From IMG/VR virus record IMGVR_UViG_3300031949_000005, positions 103,641 through 167,640 of that record: a stretch of 64,000 nt of DNA, one strand, 5' to 3'. A model generated the notes under the pieces. The model had not been told where the DNA came from, made no database searches, and worked only from the letters and a program-made list of their open reading frames with translations. The translations under genes were made by a program, and so were the position numbers. Each line of letters opens with the position of its first letter. The first letter of the stretch is position 1. The DNA is from a virus. This document shows, one piece after another, positions 40,257 to 50,184 of the stretch.

Positions 40257-40565
40257 ATGGCATTTATAGAAAGAATTAATGATAGACAAGAATTTTCTTC
40301 GCATGGTTTTAATGGGTTAATGTATCTATATAATTACGGATTTATTACAAGAACTCAACTTGTTAATAGGTTAAAACTTGTATTAAGACAAGGATTCGAT
40401 ACAAATGATGAAACTCTATTAGATCAAATAAAAACAATATTTGATGCCCAGGCAAATGTTAGCGCGAAATTATCCTTTCAATTAAAATTTGAAGCATGTA
40501 ATATCTTATTAGAAGAAGGATGGATAACATTTATTGAATATAAAAACTTTTTAGGATTAACATAA
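40257..40565 (+). CDS. Hypothetical protein
   Basis: ATG after GGTGA; coupled to the next gene. Confidence 0.55.
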   Translation: MAFIERINDRQEFSSHGFNGLMYLYNYGFITRTQLVNRLKLVLRQGFDTNDETLLDQIKTIFDAQANVSAKLSFQLKFEACNILLEEGWITFIEYKNFLGLT

Positions 40566-40897
40566 TGTATAAAAAAGCAATTGGATTAGATGGAATTGAA
40601 TACGATTCTGGACAAGAATGTAAGATATCTGACTGGCTCTTTATAAGAGGTATTAATTATGAACCACATAAAAAATTACCAAAACCATCTAGACAAAAGT
40701 GTGATTTTTATTTACCAGACCATAATTTGTGGCTAGAGTGGGACGGGCTAATGGGGGTTCGTGCTCTATCTAGTGATCATGCCGATGCGAGGGCTTCTAA
40801 AAAAGTTGAGTTTTATAAAAAACATAATATGAAATATCTTGTATTGAATAGAGAATATGACTGGGAACAAGAACTTTATTTGGCCTTACTGGGATAG
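40565..40897 (+). CDS. Small PD-(D/E)xK endonuclease-like protein
   Basis: YDS..E..I..WL...I.YE...CDFYLP...LWLEWDG...KK...Y. Confidence 0.65.
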   Translation: MYKKAIGLDGIEYDSGQECKISDWLFIRGINYEPHKKLPKPSRQKCDFYLPDHNLWLEWDGLMGVRALSSDHADARASKKVEFYKKHNMKYLVLNREYDWEQELYLALLG

Positions 40898-40903
40898 GAA
40901 TTA

Positions 40904-41164
40904 ATGCCTAAATATAAAAAAATAGGTATTGGCGCAATATTTTCATTACTAACAATTCTTGCTGGCGTAATAGGCGCAGCAATCACATTGGGCACAGAAA
41001 GGGGTACTATTCAAGAAAAGGTTATTAATAATGAAAAAGAAATAATATTATTAAGGGGTAATCTTGAAAATACATTAGCAAACATATTGTCTAAAATAGA
41101 TAATATAGATCAAACAATATCTAGTATTCAAATAGATGTAGCTGTGCTGAAAAATAAAAATTAA
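40904..41164 (+). CDS. Small membrane-anchored coiled-coil protein (holin-like)
   Basis: One N-terminal TM helix plus a heptad C-terminus, at the end of the late region. Confidence 0.45.
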   Translation: MPKYKKIGIGAIFSLLTILAGVIGAAITLGTERGTIQEKVINNEKEIILLRGNLENTLANILSKIDNIDQTISSIQIDVAVLKNKN

Positions 41165-42015
41165 TTATCTTTAATTAGCTTAGATTGAACAACACCCGAC
41201 GATCTTAATTCATTCAATCTTTTAACCACCAATAAACCTTCTGTATGACTTAATTTAGTTAGATCAAGATTGTCTTTTTCGTCTAATCCATTTATTTCTA
41301 GATCTTTTAATAATTTAGTAATAGATATATTTTGACGATCAGCCATCATCCTTATTAAGGTTATTTGACCAATTGCTATTTTACTATTACCCCCATTATT
41401 ATTTTCTGATCCTGCATTATTAACACCAATTTCTTCTGCTGCTACTATTTTTCTTAATCTTAATGCTGCTCTATAAGCTCTTGCCTTAGCTCTTGTATCA
41501 GCCATAGCTACAAGATAAATAGAAAAATCTTGTGTTAAATTTCCTTCATATGCATCGGCTAGGGCTTCAAATCTTATGTGTTCGAAATGATTTCTGAATA
41601 TTACCCACGCTTTTACAGATGCTCTGAATTGATTTTCTATAGTTGGAGTACTTATTAATTCACAACCTTCTTCAATTATTTCACCAAGTAATTTTTCTGC
41701 TACTCTTCTTAACCCGTCTAATCTGGGATTAGTTCCCTCCATTTCATCGTCAGCGAATTGTCCCATAACATATTGGGGCCATTCCGCATCTGTTTTCAAT
41801 GGAATAGCCGTAGTTTTATTTTCAGATTCTACCGATTTAATAATCTTAGACGATTCATTATTTTCTTGCGATGGATATTCTAGTATAATGTCACAGTCTT
41901 TGGCTTTATTCTCTTCATCAAGTAGTGATTTTAATTCACCTAATTTCATATTAGATAATACTTGTACGTTATGACCATATTTACTCAATAATTCTATCAA
42001 TTCATTTTTCTTCAT
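41161..42015 (-). CDS. Probable Rad52/Sak-like ssDNA-annealing protein
   Basis: DGLRRVA...ADA...N...AMADTRAKARAYRAAL....AAEEI. Confidence 0.55.
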   Translation of the reverse strand: MKKNELIELLSKYGHNVQVLSNMKLGELKSLLDEENKAKDCDIILEYPSQENNESSKIIKSVESENKTTAIPLKTDAEWPQYVMGQFADDEMEGTNPRLDGLRRVAEKLLGEIIEEGCELISTPTIENQFRASVKAWVIFRNHFEHIRFEALADAYEGNLTQDFSIYLVAMADTRAKARAYRAALRLRKIVAAEEIGVNNAGSENNNGGNSKIAIGQITLIRMMADRQNISITKLLKDLEINGLDEKDNLDLTKLSHTEGLLVVKRLNELRSSGVVQSKLIKDN

Positions 42016-42565
42016 TTTTTATCTCACGTATTATTTTTATTATTTTTTCAATATCAAAATCAGGAATTATAGTTTTAATTATGGGACATTTAAATTCTTC
42101 TTGTACAATATTTTTAACGCTTTCGTTTCTTAAAACAATATATACTCTTGGGTCATTAGATATTTTATAATTTTCCTCAATATTTTCTAAATCAATATCA
42201 AACATATAAAACAAAATACAAGAAGCCATACTATCTATCGCATCAATGCATGTTGATATATTTGTACATATAATAGGATCTTTATATGTTCTTATATCAT
42301 TAGCGGATAATATCGGGCATGATGGGACGATGAACGGGATGTTATTAGCTTGATTGAATATATTAATATCAATACCTATATAGTTATTACAAAATTTATT
42401 AATACTTTTTATTATGAAATAATTAAGTTGAGATGGATATAAATCTGGTAACAATAAGCTAATAGCAATTGTGTTATCATTTAATTTTAACTTATAATGA
42501 CTTAAAATAGATTCGAAGTCATTTTTCTTTTTAATAGACAATTTATGTTTATTTTTATCTGCCAT
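42002..42565 (-). CDS. Hypothetical protein, possibly a degenerate GT-B domain
   Basis: Alpha/beta pattern IICTNIST...FYMFDID inside the GT block. Confidence 0.4.
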   Translation of the reverse strand: MADKNKHKLSIKKKNDFESILSHYKLKLNDNTIAISLLLPDLYPSQLNYFIIKSINKFCNNYIGIDINIFNQANNIPFIVPSCPILSANDIRTYKDPIICTNISTCIDAIDSMASCILFYMFDIDLENIEENYKISNDPRVYIVLRNESVKNIVQEEFKCPIIKTIIPDFDIEKIIKIIREIKNEEK

Positions 42566-43271
42566 GATGTCTTTTAATTAATTCGAGATAATCTTTTTCT
42601 AAACTATAATCATCATAATTAATATTATGTAAAGGTTCTTGTATATGATATATCAATCCAATTTTGGATAACCTTATCATCATATCGTAATCAATATATT
42701 TTTTGAATATTTCATTAAATCCATTTCTTAAAACAAAGAAAGCTTCTTTTCTTACAAAGAAATTTATGTCTGGAATATAATTTTGGTATAAACTTTTATT
42801 ATCAATTGATTTTCTATTTATTGTACTTTTTCTACCATCATTTTTATGTGTAAAAAAATCATTAATTACACACATAACTTCCTTATTATCGAATATATCT
42901 TTACATAATTTTATTTTATTTTTTTCATACCAGCATTTAGGATCAAGAAATCCTATTATATCATAATCTTTTAATACCATATTAATAAGTATATTTAAGC
43001 TGTTAGAAATATTTGAATATTTCTTTCTAATGAATGTAATTCGCAAATTATTATACATTGTTGTAAAATTGGGATTTAATCCAGAACCTTCTTCTGTAGA
43101 TATTTTTGGAATATTAAATTTCTCTGCAAGGAATTCATATGTATTATCTTTAGATTCATTGTCGCATACTAAAATATGATCAGCATACTCATCTATTTTT
43201 GTAATAGAATCTATAGCTCTTATTATGGTATCCTTATTATTATTACATAATATTATAATACATGTTTTCAT
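42555..43271 (-). CDS. GT2-family (GT-A) glycosyltransferase
   Basis: CIIILCNN...I.RAIDSI...ILVCDNESKDNT...GFLDP...GFNE...DYDMMIRL; start set at the ATGA overlap. Confidence 0.75.
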   Translation of the reverse strand: MKTCIIILCNNNKDTIIRAIDSITKIDEYADHILVCDNESKDNTYEFLAEKFNIPKISTEEGSGLNPNFTTMYNNLRITFIRKKYSNISNSLNILINMVLKDYDIIGFLDPKCWYEKNKIKLCKDIFDNKEVMCVINDFFTHKNDGRKSTINRKSIDNKSLYQNYIPDINFFVRKEAFFVLRNGFNEIFKKYIDYDMMIRLSKIGLIYHIQEPLHNINYDDYSLEKDYLELIKRHHGR

Positions 43272-44041
43272 ATTAATGTTAATACCTCGGTATCGGTATG
43301 AAACCACCATAAATTCATATCTAATTCTTTTAATTGAGACAAAAATGTTTTATTGCTATTCGGATTATTTATAAAACGATAAATACTTGTCATATATAAT
43401 CCAGTTACGTTATCTTTTGGGTTAATCAAACTACCAGATAATCTTTTGGGAAAATACCAGAAAGCACATCTATCGTCGTTATATCCTATGTGTTTTTTTA
43501 CCGAAGAAAAGAAAGATAATATTTCGCCAGCCATTAACACTAGGAAAAATTCTGATTTTATTTTATTGGAGATTCTACTAACTGTTCTTGAATAATTTAT
43601 TTCCTTGTCTATTGATATATCAACTAAAACTTTAATATCCCTATTAAATACATCTGTTATTTTATTTTTTCTAATATACTCTAAACAATTATTATTACTC
43701 TGCGACATACCAGTAATATCAGCTATAATAATATCATTAAAGTATAAAAATTTCGTATAATTGATTGTATATTGCAAATCAAATAATGTATGTTTATTTT
43801 CATCAAAAATAATTATTAAATCATATTTAGGAAAATATGAATTAATTTTATCTATCAATTCATTAACAGTTAACTGTTGATAATTATTACGATTTATCCA
43901 TTCTTTATCTCTTTTGTACTTACATATTCCTGGAGCAATTATTTCATTATTATCATTTTTTATAGTAAATAAATTTACTTGACAAGAATTATCCTTGTTA
44001 AAGCAGCAATCTTGGCATTTTGTAAAAAATTTATCAGACAC
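43268..44041 (-). CDS. Cys-motif protein with a degenerate GT-A-like domain
   Basis: N-terminal CQDCCF...C...C, then YDLIIIF...IIIAD...EFFLVL.AG. Confidence 0.4.
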   Translation of the reverse strand: MSDKFFTKCQDCCFNKDNSCQVNLFTIKNDNNEIIAPGICKYKRDKEWINRNNYQQLTVNELIDKINSYFPKYDLIIIFDENKHTLFDLQYTINYTKFLYFNDIIIADITGMSQSNNNCLEYIRKNKITDVFNRDIKVLVDISIDKEINYSRTVSRISNKIKSEFFLVLMAGEILSFFSSVKKHIGYNDDRCAFWYFPKRLSGSLINPKDNVTGLYMTSIYRFINNPNSNKTFLSQLKELDMNLWWFHTDTEVLTLI

Positions 44042-44508
44042 TATTTAATACCCTCTAAATACATCATCATACCTTCGTATCTTTGAATATTTATACTAAA
44101 CTTATTTTTTAATAACAAATTTTTAAGCGACGGAAGATCTAATACAGAACTTTTAATATCGTTCTGTTCTTTTGTTCCAAGAATTATTTTTTGAAATTCA
44201 CTCATACTAATTTGATCTTGTGATAGCGCTTTTGCGACACAATATGTATCTGGTAGATATATTTTTATTACACCGCCATTTATTAATTTTTTGTACCAGT
44301 TTTCGAAAGATTTATCTAAACTATTTGGATCTATATATTGTAATATATTAAGAGCTAGAATTTCTTCAATTGTATTGTCGTCCGTTAGCCAATCCAGATT
44401 TTCCATATCACCTTGTTTATATAAATTATCGGGTAGATCTTTTTTATTAATATCTATATTAATATATCCATTTCTTATATCATAACCACAACCAAGATTT
44501 ATTCTCAT
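44041..44508 (-). CDS. Class I SAM-dependent methyltransferase-like protein
   Basis: RINLGCG...GYINID...EEILA..IL.Y...W...L..GG.I.I..PD. Confidence 0.8.
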   Translation of the reverse strand: MRINLGCGYDIRNGYINIDINKKDLPDNLYKQGDMENLDWLTDDNTIEEILALNILQYIDPNSLDKSFENWYKKLINGGVIKIYLPDTYCVAKALSQDQISMSEFQKIILGTKEQNDIKSSVLDLPSLKNLLLKNKFSINIQRYEGMMMYLEGIK

Positions 44509-44513
44509 TTTTA

Positions 44514-45533
44514 TTATCCTACAATTAATTCACAAGGTTTACCAACAACATTACTAAAAACATCATTCCATTTAGATATAAAACTATTTTCATTAAAATT
44601 ATTTTTTATTGTTTCTCTAGCTTTTATTCCGATTTCTTTAGCTAATATTTTATTCTCTATAATTATTTTCATTTCTTTTATTATTTCGTTTTCGTCGTTG
44701 CTTATAAATCCGTTATTACCATTTTTAATAATCTCTGGTATCACAGTAGTAGAAGTACTAATAACAGGACATCCGGTTGACATAGCCTCTAATAAAGCCA
44801 ATGGACAAGATTGCCAGCTAGAGGTATTTATATACATAGAACAATTCTGATATAATCTAACCAATTCACTTAAATCTTTTGTTGGTAATGAAATGCCGGG
44901 CGAATCGCCAATACATTTAATCTTAATTTTATTATTTATCTTAGTAAATAGTTCAAATCCAGTTGATTTATTCTTTTCTCTATATCTTCTTGCTACCGTT
45001 AATGGTATATTATCTTTGCCCGACCAATCAATAAATAGATCCGTATCAATACCAGGTGGTATTATTTTAACTTTTATGTCTTGCTGATCGAATCCCCATG
45101 ATTTACAAATAAAATCAAAATTAAAAATAGTGAGATTATATTTTTGGTCGGCGAGTGATTCAAGATAAAATGGATTAGTCCCTGGATACGATAATGAATT
45201 TTCAGCCATAATAATAGGACAACTTAATTGTCTGGATATTTGTGATAGAGTGCTATATTGTTCTATTCTGTTTTGACATAAAATAATATCAAAGTTTAGA
45301 TCAATACTTAATTGTATATTTAAATCATTTCCATTTAACATATAGACATTATGCGGTATTGGTCTAATTCTTTGATCCCAATTCCTTAATTGTTGTATTG
45401 ACAGATAATAGAAATTATGGCCAGTTTTAGCCAAAGAATATTGAAATGGTTCATCGTTATTTATACAAAGTATATTTAATTTATTATCTTTTTTGTTAAT
45501 TGCTCTTATTAGTGATCCAAAAATTGATGGCAT
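44514..45533 (-). CDS. GT4-family (GT-B) glycosyltransferase
   Basis: IPPGIDTDLF...YINTS...PLALLEAMSTGCPVIS...EII.NG.NGF. Confidence 0.88.
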   Translation of the reverse strand: MPSIFGSLIRAINKKDNKLNILCINNDEPFQYSLAKTGHNFYYLSIQQLRNWDQRIRPIPHNVYMLNGNDLNIQLSIDLNFDIILCQNRIEQYSTLSQISRQLSCPIIMAENSLSYPGTNPFYLESLADQKYNLTIFNFDFICKSWGFDQQDIKVKIIPPGIDTDLFIDWSGKDNIPLTVARRYREKNKSTGFELFTKINNKIKIKCIGDSPGISLPTKDLSELVRLYQNCSMYINTSSWQSCPLALLEAMSTGCPVISTSTTVIPEIIKNGNNGFISNDENEIIKEMKIIIENKILAKEIGIKARETIKNNFNENSFISKWNDVFSNVVGKPCELIVG

Positions 45534-45534
45534 A

Positions 45535-46659
45535 TTATATCTCTTCTATAGCTCTTTTAATTAGTCCGCCCACATAATTATAATCAAAAGTTAACCCTAT
45601 TTTCCTTACATTTTCTCTGATATTAGAAAACAATATATTATTATGCCAATGTTTATAGAATGATTTCATTTTATTTATTGCGTCTTTGAGGTCTGCCTCA
45701 AACCAGAATTCTTTCCCTGTGTACAAATCATTAAAGCCATCTACAACACCGAAGCATGGAGTTTCTGTTCCACTCACTAAGTAATCGTTATTTGATTGTG
45801 TTATTGTTATATGTCCCCCTGTCGAACTTAAAATTGGGATATTTCCCCAGCACATGGCATCGTGGGCTGGAATATTCCATCCTTCTCCTTTGCTTAGCGA
45901 TACGAATATATCACCAGTCGCATGAAGTTTGTCTAATTCTTGATTATTTAATCTATTTGATATCATTAAAATTGGAGGATATTTAGAATCTTGCGGATAA
46001 ATATGTACATATTTTCTAATATCCGCGCACATTGTTTTTATTTCATTCTGCACTTCCTCTGGTGTTTTCCCCGGCATGTTTGTTTTCACAACGAGAACAA
46101 CATCATCCCTACTACTAAAAGCGCTATAATAAGCCCTAATTAATCCGGGGAGATTTTTCCTTTTGTTTAATTCGCCAATATTATAAAATATGCATTTATT
46201 TTTATGTACACCAAGATTTATTTTATCTTGTTTTACTTTGAATCTTTCGTGATTACATGCGTGAGGGATAATAAATATTTTAGACTTTACTCCGCTATTT
46301 ATTAAAGCCTGTTTGTTTGCCTCGCATGGCACAAAGATTGCATCCATTAAATTGCAACAATTAGCCCAGTTGGATCGTAGAATATTATCTGTTTCCCAAT
46401 CTAGATAACCTATGTTTTTAACACCTGATTTATATTCGAACATATGGGGTAAAACATGCTGGATTATATGCGTAATATTGTTTAAATCTTTATCTTCAAG
46501 ATCTTTAACAACGCATTGATCTTGGTTTATAGTGCTAGATAATGATATCGGCCTACAGACTATATTTATCCCCATTTTTTCTATCGACAATATGTTGTTT
46601 ATGGCGGCATTAGAATACCCCGTACCATCTCTATAGACAGAAATATAGGCTATTTTCAT
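45535..46659 (-). CDS. GT4-family (GT-B) glycosyltransferase
   Basis: GTGYS.AA, WETD, RKNL..LI.AY, SKGEGWNIPAHDAM..G; start at the TAATG overlap. Confidence 0.88.
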   Translation of the reverse strand: MKIAYISVYRDGTGYSNAAINNILSIEKMGINIVCRPISLSSTINQDQCVVKDLEDKDLNNITHIIQHVLPHMFEYKSGVKNIGYLDWETDNILRSNWANCCNLMDAIFVPCEANKQALINSGVKSKIFIIPHACNHERFKVKQDKINLGVHKNKCIFYNIGELNKRKNLPGLIRAYYSAFSSRDDVVLVVKTNMPGKTPEEVQNEIKTMCADIRKYVHIYPQDSKYPPILMISNRLNNQELDKLHATGDIFVSLSKGEGWNIPAHDAMCWGNIPILSSTGGHITITQSNNDYLVSGTETPCFGVVDGFNDLYTGKEFWFEADLKDAINKMKSFYKHWHNNILFSNIRENVRKIGLTFDYNYVGGLIKRAIEEI

Positions 46660-47291
46660 TAATTTTTCTTTCTGTTGACATTGGCGGGTGTTGTTACGGC
46701 TCTTTCTATAGACCATCCATCGCCAATTCTTCTTTGTAATATTCTATATGGAATATTATGTTCATCTGCCAACGAAGCTATGCATTGTTCTTTATCATTA
46801 TATTTTATGATACGGTTATTCCTTTTGTTTCTACTATTTATTTTTGGTGTGGTCCATCTACAATTCTCTTTAAAATATCCAAGATTGTTATTTATTCTAT
46901 CTAATTGATATCCTTGTGGACATTCACCCATATCGTGTAAAAAATTTAAAAACCCATCATCATACGAAAGCCATCTTCCACATACAGCAATCCCCCTTCC
47001 TCCATAATTTTTGCGGCATCTATGATTTGTATTATCGCATCTTTGTATCATACTATGCCATGCATTATATGTTTTCTGATTTTTATTTTTCATCCTATAT
47101 CCATGCTTGAGTTTCAAACATCCACAACTTTTTGTTCTTTTCTTGACTAGACTAGTCCCCAAAATTATTTTTTCTTTACCACAATCACATTTACACAACC
47201 ATTGTGAGTGCAAATACTTGTCGTTACCAATATATTTAATAACCACTAATCTTCCAAATCTTTTACCAGTTAAATCAATAAATCTAATTAT
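46659..47291 (-). CDS. HNH-type homing endonuclease, apparent ATA start
   Basis: FIDLTGKRFGRLVVI...WLCKCDCG...SCGC...YGGRGI.VC.RW...F..DMG...LDRINN..GY..ENCRW. Confidence 0.8.
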   Translation of the reverse strand: MIRFIDLTGKRFGRLVVIKYIGNDKYLHSQWLCKCDCGKEKIILGTSLVKKRTKSCGCLKLKHGYRMKNKNQKTYNAWHSMIQRCDNTNHRCRKNYGGRGIAVCGRWLSYDDGFLNFLHDMGECPQGYQLDRINNNLGYFKENCRWTTPKINSRNKRNNRIIKYNDKEQCIASLADEHNIPYRILQRRIGDGWSIERAVTTPANVNRKKN

Positions 47292-47292
47292 G

Positions 47293-50184
47293 TCACACCT
47301 CCACCATAGATAATGAATTTTTATTTATCTCTTTCAAACTATTAATTCTTTTCATTTCCATCATATTTTCATGTTTCATCATATTTATAAAATAATTTAC
47401 CAAACTATTTCTATCGAATGTAACTTTATTATGTCCATCCATATGAAAACCAGTGTTTAATGATCTTATCCATCCTTCTGCGAATTTTGTATTTGTCATA
47501 TCTGGTCTTTTCCACATATTTTTTATAATCCATTTAACAAATTCGTGATTATTTAAATTGTTAGGAATAGATGGAATGTTTAAATTATTTAATCTTGGTT
47601 CCGGATTTGTCCATGTCATAGAAATATCTTTTAATTTAATTTCGTCTATAACATTTTCCCATATTTTGGCGGTTCTTTCCCATCCGCCTCGTGGTAACAT
47701 TTCTTTCTGGCCGTATACCGGAGATAATTCTTCAATATATTGTCTTGTTTTAATACTTAATTCTTTTCTTTTTTCATCAGATAATTTCAAAAAATTATGT
47801 AATTTATTAACAAAATCTCTATTATCTGGTAAAGCTCTTTTTTGTTCTGTCTGTGTTACACCTTCATAAAAAAATCTTCCTACTTCTATGGGGATACTTG
47901 TTGGGCATCTTAAATGATCTTCCATAGCAGAATAACGAACAGCCATAGTTGGAATACCACAAGCTTGTGCGTCTAACAGAGGCATCCCAAAACCTTCACA
48001 GTTATGTAAAACAGAGATCTTGGTTTTATATGAATTGTCATCCTCTACTTCTATATTATATATATCTTCGGAATAATTTGAATCTTTGATTTCTTTGATT
48101 TTAATAATATGATAATTTTTGTAATATAAATTATGTGTACTTGATCTTTGATCTATAAACTCATGTTCAGAGATATTTCCAGGAACTTCAAATCTATATT
48201 GTGGTTTTCTATTTTTCTTATCTTTTGATTTTAATCTATAGTCTATATGTACATTAAAATTAATTCTGTTTCTTCTCAATAAATGTTTAATTTGATCAGC
48301 TAATGTTTTTGAAATTGTTACATAAATAGATGTTTTTAGACCATATCTATTTCCGTTATAATATCCATCTCCGATAAATAATCCTTTTAATATTGCTCTA
48401 GTTTTATTATTAGGTAAACTTAATGCCCAATCTGGTAATTTTTTATTTTCTTTCCTAGAACACCATTGATCAAAAATTTCATTATGTATTCTTGAACACA
48501 TTTTGGAGTCTCTAGCTTTTCTATCATAATAAGTAGAAATAGTTGTTTGTTTATCAGATAATTTATTCCAAATACTTGAACATAAATTCTCATTATATTG
48601 TTCGTGGTCTGCATAGGTGATTTGAATTTGTTTACTTTTAGATATATTAGAATGTCCATCCGCAACAAATAATCCTAAAAATTCGCAAAATTCTTCATTT
48701 ATATTGATATATCGTGGATATATATCTCCTTTGTGTATTTCGATATAATTATCTAGTACGACATCATTTTCTTTTGCGAATTCTTTCAAATCTATTTTTT
48801 CGATATCTATCACAGAATCATCTATACAATAAACTAAACAATCATTAGCTTTTAAATTCTTAACTTCTATCCACGAAGGATCTGGTATATTTATGTTATT
48901 TCTTATTCTGTTTCCCAATTGTTCTCTTGTCGTTTGTCTATTCTTTTGAGACAACATATCTTTTGTTATCGCATAACATGGATGATTATCTGTTATAACG
49001 AGTTTTTCATAATCGGAATGAATCGAAATCTCTCTAATATTTCCTTCATTTGGAGTAATAAATTTATCCAATACTTTCTTATATCTATGTTTATGGGTAA
49101 AAACCTCTTCCCCTATTTCTATTTCAGATATTTTTTTCCATCCATTTTTTGTCGATATTTCTTCATCTTTCCCTAGGCATACACTATATTGTACATATAA
49201 ATCAAAACAATTCATTATCGCTGCCAGCATTTCTCGTGAACAAGAACTTCCAGCATTGGGGGTATGGGCACATAATTCTTTACATTTTCTACAATGTGTC
49301 AATTCTCCAGCAAAAAACGATGGATAAGCTATCTGACATTTTGGACACATATAAGTCATAACTACTCGATTTCCAATTTTAAATTCTTTTATAGCCTTAG
49401 CTATATCATATCCCTGGTCTGGATAACTTGTATGTAAATATAAAAATGTTTTATTAATTAAATCTTGTTTGCCTTCTGATTTGGCCTTTTGTATCCATAT
49501 AGAAAATGCTTCAATAAGATCATAATATAATTTTCTCTGCTGGTTCCTCATAACAGTGCCAATTATAATTGCGTTAGGATCAATACCCATTTTAGCCTTA
49601 TGCGCCTTTTTATCCGGTACTGGCTTGAATACATCTAAATCTGCCCCAGGAGAAGCAACCGTAATCATGTCGGTTTCCGGTAGGCCAGTTTTTTTCATTA
49701 CATCCATACCCCATTGTGAATATGTTAAACATCCATCACATTGCTTATATGATTCTAACCATAAATCTCGCTGAGGAATTCCGTCGATTGTTAATAACCA
49801 GAGATAGGTAAAATATTTTCTATAAGGAGATCTTAATATAAATTCATCCATCCACCAGTCGCGTATTGCGAGAACGTAATCCGGTTTATATTCTAAACAA
49901 ACATCATCAAATATCATTTCTCCGAATTGATATGTTGGTTTTGAATTATATATTTGCATAGCCTTTTGGTTATTACGTGGGGGCGCGGCTGGATAAAATT
50001 TCCATAGAACACCTTGGTTTCTGGAATCGTCGGCGTGGGCATATGCTCCAATTTCTGCTATATCGAATTTATTAGTATCATATAATCTTTTAATTACTTC
50101 ATTCCAATACGTGGCAAATCCGGTCGCCAAGAAGCTTGCCTCGCCAACAAATAATATTCTAGGTTTTCTATTCAAAATAACCAC
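47293..50184 (-). CDS. Large GT4-family glycosyltransferase with a Zn ribbon, interrupted by an intein
   Basis: TGFATY, IRDWWM, RNQQRK, YLHT, CPKC...CRKC, and after splicing YVQYSV-CEGFGMPLLDAQACG. Confidence 0.88.
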   Translation of the reverse strand: MVILNRKPRILFVGEASFLATGFATYWNEVIKRLYDTNKFDIAEIGAYAHADDSRNQGVLWKFYPAAPPRNNQKAMQIYNSKPTYQFGEMIFDDVCLEYKPDYVLAIRDWWMDEFILRSPYRKYFTYLWLLTIDGIPQRDLWLESYKQCDGCLTYSQWGMDVMKKTGLPETDMITVASPGADLDVFKPVPDKKAHKAKMGIDPNAIIIGTVMRNQQRKLYYDLIEAFSIWIQKAKSEGKQDLINKTFLYLHTSYPDQGYDIAKAIKEFKIGNRVVMTYMCPKCQIAYPSFFAGELTHCRKCKELCAHTPNAGSSCSREMLAAIMNCFDLYVQYSVCLGKDEEISTKNGWKKISEIEIGEEVFTHKHRYKKVLDKFITPNEGNIREISIHSDYEKLVITDNHPCYAITKDMLSQKNRQTTREQLGNRIRNNINIPDPSWIEVKNLKANDCLVYCIDDSVIDIEKIDLKEFAKENDVVLDNYIEIHKGDIYPRYININEEFCEFLGLFVADGHSNISKSKQIQITYADHEQYNENLCSSIWNKLSDKQTTISTYYDRKARDSKMCSRIHNEIFDQWCSRKENKKLPDWALSLPNNKTRAILKGLFIGDGYYNGNRYGLKTSIYVTISKTLADQIKHLLRRNRINFNVHIDYRLKSKDKKNRKPQYRFEVPGNISEHEFIDQRSSTHNLYYKNYHIIKIKEIKDSNYSEDIYNIEVEDDNSYKTKISVLHNCEGFGMPLLDAQACGIPTMAVRYSAMEDHLRCPTSIPIEVGRFFYEGVTQTEQKRALPDNRDFVNKLHNFLKLSDEKRKELSIKTRQYIEELSPVYGQKEMLPRGGWERTAKIWENVIDEIKLKDISMTWTNPEPRLNNLNIPSIPNNLNNHEFVKWIIKNMWKRPDMTNTKFAEGWIRSLNTGFHMDGHNKVTFDRNSLVNYFINMMKHENMMEMKRINSLKEINKNSLSMVEV
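48001..49179 (-). mobile_element. Intein with LAGLIDADG endonuclease (393 aa)
   Basis: Starts CLGKDEEI; block B LVITDNHP; FLGLFVADG and LKGLFIGDG; ends IYNIEVEDDNSY...VLHN followed by Cys+1. Confidence 0.95.
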
